Source: Psychrobacter sp. HD31
Lineage (GTDB): Bacteria > Pseudomonadota > Gammaproteobacteria > Pseudomonadales > Moraxellaceae
Reading direction: 5' to 3'
DNA length: 32,000 bases
NCBI RefSeq assembly: GCF_051097895.1
Contig: NZ_CP142525.1
Location: 690,001 to 722,000 of the forward strand
Both the position numbers and the translations under genes were made by a program. This document shows positions 26,984-32,000 of this stretch, piece after piece. The stretch's first letter is position 1; each line of letters opens with the position of its first letter. A model generated the notes under the pieces. The model did not search any database. It was not told where the DNA came from and worked only from the letters and a program-made list of their open reading frames with translations.

Positions 26984-27748
26984 CTAGTCTGTTTGATTAA
27001 CTCGTTTCATCAGTTCTTCAGCCGTTTCGACACGTTCAGAATATCTATCCACTAAATACTCGGCATTATCACGAGTAAGCAAAGTAAACTTCATCAATTC
27101 TTCCATCACATCAACAATGCGTAAATAGTAGCCTGATGGCTTCATTCTATCGTTATCATCAAACTCATTCCAAGCTTTAGCAACGCTAGACTGGTTAGGT
27201 ATGGTAATCATACGCATCCAACGCCCTAATACCCGCAACTGATTAACCGTGTTAAACGACTGTGAGCCACCGCAAACTTGCATAACCGCCAATGTTTTAC
27301 CCTGTGTTGGGCGAACCGCCCCATCAGACAAAGGGATCCAATCAATTTGCGTTTTCATTACCCCTGTCATGGCACCATGACGCTCTGGAGAGCACCAAAC
27401 CATGCCCTCACTCCATTTAACCAATTCACGCAGTTCTCTCACTTTTGGATGCAACTCATCAAGGGTTGCTGGCATGTGTGCAGGGTCATCACATAAAGGT
27501 AACCCACTGGGATTAAATATTTTAACCTCTGCCCCCATTGCCATTAAAATACGAGCAGACTCTTCTACTACCAATCGGCTAAACGACCGCTGACGCAATG
27601 AGCCATAAAGCAGTAGAATTTTTGCCCGATTGTCATTAGTTAATGATTTAAAACTATGAAGGCTTGGCGTTTGAAACAAAGCGTCATCGACGTTAGGCAT
27701 CGATAAATCTTGCAGTGCTTGCCCGTTAATATCTGTTGTTTTTGTCAT
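26984..27748 (-). CDS. arsH: ArsH, NADPH-dependent FMN reductase / organoarsenical oxidase
   Basis: 254 aa with the ArsH signature [15 protein letters not shown]. It is the last gene of the arsB-arsC-arsH run. Confidence 0.9.
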   Translation of the reverse strand: MTKTTDINGQALQDLSMPNVDDALFQTPSLHSFKSLTNDNRAKILLLYGSLRQRSFSRLVVEESARILMAMGAEVKIFNPSGLPLCDDPAHMPATLDELHPKVRELRELVKWSEGMVWCSPERHGAMTGVMKTQIDWIPLSDGAVRPTQGKTLAVMQVCGGSQSFNTVNQLRVLGRWMRMITIPNQSSVAKAWNEFDDNDRMKPSGYYLRIVDVMEELMKFTLLTRDNAEYLVDRYSERVETAEELMKRVNQTD

Positions 27749-27798
27749 TTATTCCTATATTCCTTTTATATTTTTATACTTAATCTAACCATGCAAAA

Positions 27799-28281
27799 CT
27801 AACCTATTAACTGTTTAAATGCTTTAATTTGCATATCTTTTGGCAAATCAGCAATCTTTAACAAATTATCTACCCTACTTTCAATGGTCGCGATCACTTG
27901 TATAAAGGCTTTCTCTGCTTGTGGGTTTGCCTCGCCATTTTCGGCAAGTTTTGATGGGTCAATTAACCCCCAATGCAATTTTGGCGTGTTACCTAGCCAT
28001 AGTGGACATGCCTCTCCTGCTGCATTATCACAAACCGTCACGACCACATCAGGTTCAAAACTTTTTCCGTCGTATGTCAGCTCATTCCAAGATTTACTGT
28101 ACAAGCCCTCGGTGTTATAACCTGCTTGATTAAGGTATTTGATACTCAGTGGATGTACCTGACCAACTGGCGAACTACCCGCACTCATCACTTTTATTTT
28201 ATCGCCAGCTTTTTGCCGTGTGATTGCTTCTGACAACACACTACGGCAACGGTTGTGTGTGCAAATGTATAAAATGTTCAT
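27799..28281 (-). CDS. arsC: Arsenate reductase, LMW-PTPase fold (thioredoxin-coupled type); start moved to the ATG at 28279-28281
   Basis: MNILYICTHNRCRS is the CX5R P-loop, and VCDNAAGEACP supplies the second and third Cys as in S. aureus pI258 ArsC. An AGGAA Shine-Dalgarno precedes this ATG. The ORF-track 5' extension overlaps the 3' end of arsB and is hydrophilic junk. Confidence 0.88.
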   Translation of the reverse strand: MNILYICTHNRCRSVLSEAITRQKAGDKIKVMSAGSSPVGQVHPLSIKYLNQAGYNTEGLYSKSWNELTYDGKSFEPDVVVTVCDNAAGEACPLWLGNTPKLHWGLIDPSKLAENGEANPQAEKAFIQVIATIESRVDNLLKIADLPKDMQIKAFKQLIG

Positions 28282-28331
28282 TATGTTTCCTTTTTGCTTA
28301 CTTATTTTTATATAATTGCTAATTTCTAAAA

Positions 28332-29621
28332 CTAACCCAGCAGATTTAACCAAAGTGCTAAAGCAACTAATGTTGCTGTTAACACCGGCAGTGTTAAAAC
28401 CAGTCCCACTTTAAAATAATAACCCCAAGTTACCTGAATGTTTTTTGTAGCAAGCACATGCAGCCACAATAAAGTTGCTAACGAACCAATAGGCGTTATT
28501 TTAGGACCCAAGTCACAACCAATGACATTTGCAAATATCATTGCTTCTCTCACTAATCCACTCGTTTGTGTACTTTCAATAGCCAGTGCCTGTATAAGCA
28601 CGGTTGGCATATTGTTCATTATAGAAGACAGTATTGCAGATAAAAATCCCGTACCAACTGTGGCAACCAATATCCCCTGCTCTGCAAAACTGTTGAGTAA
28701 AATAGTTAAGTAATCTGTCAGGCCTTGGTTTTTTAAGCCATAAACAACCAGATACATACCAAGTGAAAAAACAACAATTGCCCAAGGTGCATTTTTAATT
28801 ACTGGCACAATTGATAACTTTTTACCCATATTTGCCACTAGTATTAATATCATCGTCCCCACGCCTGCAATGGCACTTATAGGCACGCCCATCGGTTCAA
28901 GCACAAAAAAGCCTACTAACAACAATGCCAACACCGCCCAACCAGTAATAAAGGTCGGCTTATCAACAATAGCAGACTGAGGGGATTCTAATTCTGCCAA
29001 ATCATAATTTTTTGGGATATCTTGACGATAAAAAAAGTACAGCACCGCCAAAGAGACAAAAACAGACACCAAATTTACCGGAATCATAACCTCAGCATAG
29101 CGATTAAAACTCACATCAAAAAAATCTGCCGAAACAATATTGACCAAGTTTGATACCACCAAAGGTAAACTTGCTGTATCGGCTATAAAGCCTGCCGCCA
29201 TAATAAACGCCAAAGTGGTCGCTGGGCTAAATCTTAAACTTGTTAAAATTGCTATCACAATTGGGGTCAAAATCAGTGCTGCGCCATCATTTGCAAAAAA
29301 TGCCGATACCAATGCTCCCAATAACACAACATAAACAAACAGCTTGTTAGCATTGCCCCCTGCAAGCCTTGCCACATGTAAGGCAATCCAACGGAAAAAC
29401 CCCGACTCATCTAACAATAAGCTAATGATAATAATGGCAATAAAAGCAAAGGTTGCATTCCAAACAATACCCCACACTATCGGAATATCAGACAATGAAA
29501 CCATGCCAAAAAGTAGGGCTAAAATTGCCCCTACGGTTGCTGTCCAACCTATCCCCAACCCTTTTGGTTGCCAAATAACAAACAACAAAGTAACCAAAAA
29601 CAAAATCATGGCGATTAACAT
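28332..29621 (-). CDS. arsB: Arsenite/antimonite efflux pump ArsB; start moved to the ATG at 29619-29621
   Basis: From [26 protein letters not shown].. the product is 429 aa and colinear with E. coli ArsB (429 aa, ..[12 protein letters not shown].., [45 protein letters not shown]). A GAGG Shine-Dalgarno lies upstream. The ORF-track start at 29642 is a GTG. Confidence 0.95.
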   Translation of the reverse strand: MLIAMILFLVTLLFVIWQPKGLGIGWTATVGAILALLFGMVSLSDIPIVWGIVWNATFAFIAIIIISLLLDESGFFRWIALHVARLAGGNANKLFVYVVLLGALVSAFFANDGAALILTPIVIAILTSLRFSPATTLAFIMAAGFIADTASLPLVVSNLVNIVSADFFDVSFNRYAEVMIPVNLVSVFVSLAVLYFFYRQDIPKNYDLAELESPQSAIVDKPTFITGWAVLALLLVGFFVLEPMGVPISAIAGVGTMILILVANMGKKLSIVPVIKNAPWAIVVFSLGMYLVVYGLKNQGLTDYLTILLNSFAEQGILVATVGTGFLSAILSSIMNNMPTVLIQALAIESTQTSGLVREAMIFANVIGCDLGPKITPIGSLATLLWLHVLATKNIQVTWGYYFKVGLVLTLPVLTATLVALALWLNLLG

Positions 29622-29764
29622 ATCGATACCTCTAATACGCACACATAATATCTAAGCATTGTTTAAATCAATGGACTTAAAGCAAGTGATAAATTTGTGC
29701 TAATATAAATGCATTAAGACTTAACATGCTTATATTTTAACAATATATTCAGGAATGTAAATAT

Positions 29765-30094
29765 ATGAATAGATTGATTGCAACTGATTTTTTTAAAGCT
29801 TTAGGCGATACGACCCGCCTAAAATTGGTTATCGCCTTACGTGATAAAACCGAAGATACCTCACAAACATGTAACAAAGATGACAGTTTAAATCCACAAA
29901 GCATGTGTGTTTGTGAGCTAACCGAATTACTTGAACAACCACAACCTACAATATCTCGTCACTTAAACCACCTAAAGCGAGTGGGCATTTTAACGAGTCA
30001 GCGTCGTGGTACTTGGATGTGGTATGGCATTAATCAAGACTTACCTAAGTGGTGTAAACAAGTTATAAATGAAGTAGAATTTATCGATGACTGA
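29765..30094 (+). CDS. arsR: ArsR/SmtB-family metalloregulator with a CVC metal site
   Basis: DTTRLKLV..., MCVCEL (compare ELCVCDL in R773 ArsR), and the HTH QPTISRHLNHLKRVGIL. It is divergent from arsBCH. About 17-19 aa are inserted immediately before the CVC. Confidence 0.85.
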   Translation: MNRLIATDFFKALGDTTRLKLVIALRDKTEDTSQTCNKDDSLNPQSMCVCELTELLEQPQPTISRHLNHLKRVGILTSQRRGTWMWYGINQDLPKWCKQVINEVEFIDD

Positions 30095-30854
30095 GCTTGC
30101 TACTAACAACCATCAACAGCCGCTACAAATTTTGTATCAAGACGAGCACTGTATTGCAATTAACAAACCTGCCGGTATGCTGGTACATCGTAGCTGGCTT
30201 GCAAAGCATGAAACCACTTTTGTATTACAAACCTTAAGAGACCAAATTGGGCAACTGGTTTATCCCGTTCATCGGCTAGATCGCCCTACCTCTGGCGTTT
30301 TACTATTTGCATTAAACAGTGAAAGTGCCAAACATTTTTCGCAAGCGTTTGAGCAACATCAGGTGCATAAAACTTATCTAGCCGTTGTGCGTGGTTATAT
30401 GCCTACTGAGCAAGGTAGTATTGACTATCCGTTATCCGTCATCCGCGATAAAATTGCAGACAAACACAGTATTGCCAATACAGATACCAAACCAGACCAA
30501 CCTGCACAAACGGACTGGCAGTTAATTGATAGTACCGAGCAACCTTTTGCTGCCCGCGCTCGTTATAAAACCTCTCGCTACAGCCTGATTAAACTATGCC
30601 CGACCACTGGGCGTAAACATCAACTACGCCGGCACTTAAAGCATATATTTCATCCAATTATTGGCGATACCAGTTATGGTGACCATCACCAAAACCGTGC
30701 CATACGAGCGCATATTGGCGTGTCACGATTGATGTTGCATGCACACACGTTAACTTTTACCAATATTGATGGCGAGCGAATAACTGCACAAGCTCAAGTT
30801 GATGAAGATTGGCAGAAAATGTTAGAGGATTTTAATTGGAAATATCATTTTTAA
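30087..30854 (+). CDS. truC: tRNA pseudouridine(65) synthase TruC
   Basis: ILYQDEHCIAINKPAGMLVHRS, catalytic HRLDRPTSGVLLFAL and TGRKHQLRRHL..HPIIGD are colinear with E. coli TruC. The ATG overlaps the arsR stop (ATGACTGA, 8-nt overlap). Confidence 0.88.
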   Translation: MTELATNNHQQPLQILYQDEHCIAINKPAGMLVHRSWLAKHETTFVLQTLRDQIGQLVYPVHRLDRPTSGVLLFALNSESAKHFSQAFEQHQVHKTYLAVVRGYMPTEQGSIDYPLSVIRDKIADKHSIANTDTKPDQPAQTDWQLIDSTEQPFAARARYKTSRYSLIKLCPTTGRKHQLRRHLKHIFHPIIGDTSYGDHHQNRAIRAHIGVSRLMLHAHTLTFTNIDGERITAQAQVDEDWQKMLEDFNWKYHF

Positions 30855-30862
30855 TAAACAAC

Positions 30863-30891
30863 TGTACACTCAACTAAATTCTAGGTATAAT
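30863..30891 (+). promoter_or_regulatory. Candidate sigma-70 promoter for accBC
   Basis: TGTACA (30863-30868), a 17-nt spacer, then TATAAT (30886-30891). This is a pattern match only. Confidence 0.3.
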
Positions 30892-30964
30892 TGAAAAAAT
30901 TTGTTACAATATATCTAACAAAACTACTCCTAATAACACAATTTAGTACTTCAGGCGATAACCC

Positions 30965-31399
30965 ATGGATATTAAAAAAATACGTACCCTCATTGAGTTG
31001 ATGGAAGAAAAAGAGCTCGTTACACTGGAAGTATGCTCAGGTGATGACAAAGTTAGTCTAACTCGTTACTACGAGCCCACTCCAACTGTTGTTGCAAGCC
31101 CTCAACCAAGTACAAACATGGTTAGCGAGGCTACAACCAGCAACGCCGTGCCACAACCAACAGGCAGTGTTGAAAGCTCGCCAATGGTTGGTGTGTTTTA
31201 TTCTGCTCCTAGCCCAAATGACCCACCATTTGTGCAGGTTGGTCAAAAAGTGCAAGCGGGTGATACTTTAGGGATTATTGAAGCCATGAAGATTATGAAC
31301 CCACTTGAAGCAACACAAAGTGGTGTGATTGAAGAGATACTAGTAAAAAATGGCGATGTTGTAGAGTTTGGGCAACCAGTTATCCGTTATAAGTCTTAA
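30965..31399 (+). CDS. accB: Biotin carboxyl carrier protein of acetyl-CoA carboxylase
   Basis: N-terminus MDIKKIRTLIELMEE.., a Pro/Ala/Ser-rich linker, and the biotinyl-lysine motif EAMKIMN. Confidence 0.95.
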   Translation: MDIKKIRTLIELMEEKELVTLEVCSGDDKVSLTRYYEPTPTVVASPQPSTNMVSEATTSNAVPQPTGSVESSPMVGVFYSAPSPNDPPFVQVGQKVQAGDTLGIIEAMKIMNPLEATQSGVIEEILVKNGDVVEFGQPVIRYKS

Positions 31400-31447
31400 T
31401 CAAATTCATATTATTTGATAGATTTTACAAAATAGGGATAACAAAAA

Positions 31448-32000
31448 ATGATTAAAAAACTGTTAATTGCAAACCGTGGTGAAATTGCACTAAGAATTGT
31501 GCGTGCCTGTAAACAATTGGGTATTAAAACTGTTGGTGTCTACTCTACTGCTGATAAAGACTTAATGCACCTTAAGTTTGTAGATGAAGCGGTATGTATC
31601 GGCGCACCCAACGCCACCCAAAGTTACCTAGATATCAATGTTATTTTAACCGCTGCTGAGGTGGCTGGTGCTGATGCGATTCATCCAGGCTACGGGTTTT
31701 TATCCGAAAATGCCGAGTTTGCAGAACAAGTTGAAGAAGCCGGGCTTACTTTTATCGGTCCTCATGCCGATCATATCCGCTTAATGGGTAACAAAGTTTC
31801 TGCCATTAACGCAATGAAAAAAGCTGGCGTGCCCACTGTACCAGGTTCTGTAGGCGCAGTTACCCTCCATAATGCCGAAGAACAAGCCAAAGATATTGGA
31901 TTTCCACTATTAGTTAAAGCCGCATCTGGCGGTGGTGGACGCGGTATGCGTTTAGTCGAACATTATGATGAGCTCATTAGTCAGGTACAGGCTGCCAAAC
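31448..32000 (+). CDS. accC: Biotin carboxylase (3' end outside the window)
   Basis: ATG at 31448 after an AGGGA Shine-Dalgarno. The product begins [29 protein letters not shown]... and contains [10 protein letters not shown] and [12 protein letters not shown]. The frame is open to the window end. It is absent from the ORF track because there is no stop codon in the window. Confidence 0.93.
   Translation, partial: MIKKLLIANRGEIALRIVRACKQLGIKTVGVYSTADKDLMHLKFVDEAVCIGAPNATQSYLDINVILTAAEVAGADAIHPGYGFLSENAEFAEQVEEAGLTFIGPHADHIRLMGNKVSAINAMKKAGVPTVPGSVGAVTLHNAEEQAKDIGFPLLVKAASGGGGRGMRLVEHYDELISQVQAAK

Noticed and set aside
28282-28353. A 24-codon 5' extension of arsC overlapping the end of arsB
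   Set aside because: The LMW-PTP ArsC P-loop must sit at the extreme N-terminus (MNILYICTHNRCRS), and an AGGAA Shine-Dalgarno precedes the ATG at 28281. The extension has no homology.
26984-30094. The ars cluster as a recently acquired mobile island
   Set aside because: There is no integrase, transposase, flanking direct repeat or tRNA target, and by eye the composition is similar to the neighbouring genes. arsR is fused into an operon with core truC. ArsB looks more similar to the E. coli protein than the neighbouring housekeeping proteins do, but ArsB is generally highly conserved. Horizontal origin is therefore possible but not shown.
1-32000. CRISPR arrays, IS elements, prophage genes, tRNA/rRNA genes and known defence or toxin-antitoxin modules
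   Set aside because: I found no regularly spaced direct repeats, no transposase- or integrase-like ORFs, no tRNA-like GTTCGAATC-type arms in intergenic regions and no small paired ORFs. All intergenic gaps are shorter than 270 bp and are explained by promoters and terminators.

Overview
This window looks like a chromosomal segment of a fairly AT-rich (about 40% GC by eye) gammaproteobacterium. I call 31 protein-coding genes, nearly all of them recognisable housekeeping genes. In order: ubiB (5'-truncated by the window edge), frdDCBA (-), ruvB and ruvA (-), two small paralogous Ala/Glu-rich lipoproteins (-), pgk (-), a TraR/DksA-type zinc-finger protein (+), clpB (+) with a sigma-32-like promoter, a 10-TM membrane protein (+), a PBP7-type D-Ala-D-Ala endopeptidase (-), a GacA/UvrY response regulator (+), two large acidic lipoproteins (-), a hypothetical protein (+), an hpt-like phosphoribosyltransferase (+), long-form leuA (-) divergent from an Lrp/AsnC regulator (+), prmC (-), ampG (-), bfd (-), arsH-arsC-arsB (-) divergent from arsR (+), truC (+), accB (+) and accC (+, 3'-truncated). 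I found no rRNA, tRNA, CRISPR array, transposase, integrase, or any recognisable defence or toxin module. Several ORF-track starts are probably too long (ruvA, arsB, arsC, lipoprotein genes, membrane protein), and I give corrected starts. Ten strong hairpin plus T-tract terminators delimit the transcription units. The only clearly accessory module is the ars cluster. Its arsR carries an unusual insertion next to the CVC metal site and overlaps truC by 8 nt. The best candidate for something undescribed is the central pair of large lipoproteins (16251-19948), which have Asp/Glu/Tyr-rich segments and hyper-acidic tails, together with the divergent unknown gene at 20135-20803. I cannot assign any of these three to a family, but nothing in the sequence proves they form a system. 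All family assignments rest on by-eye motif and colinearity comparison with remembered reference proteins, not on database searches.
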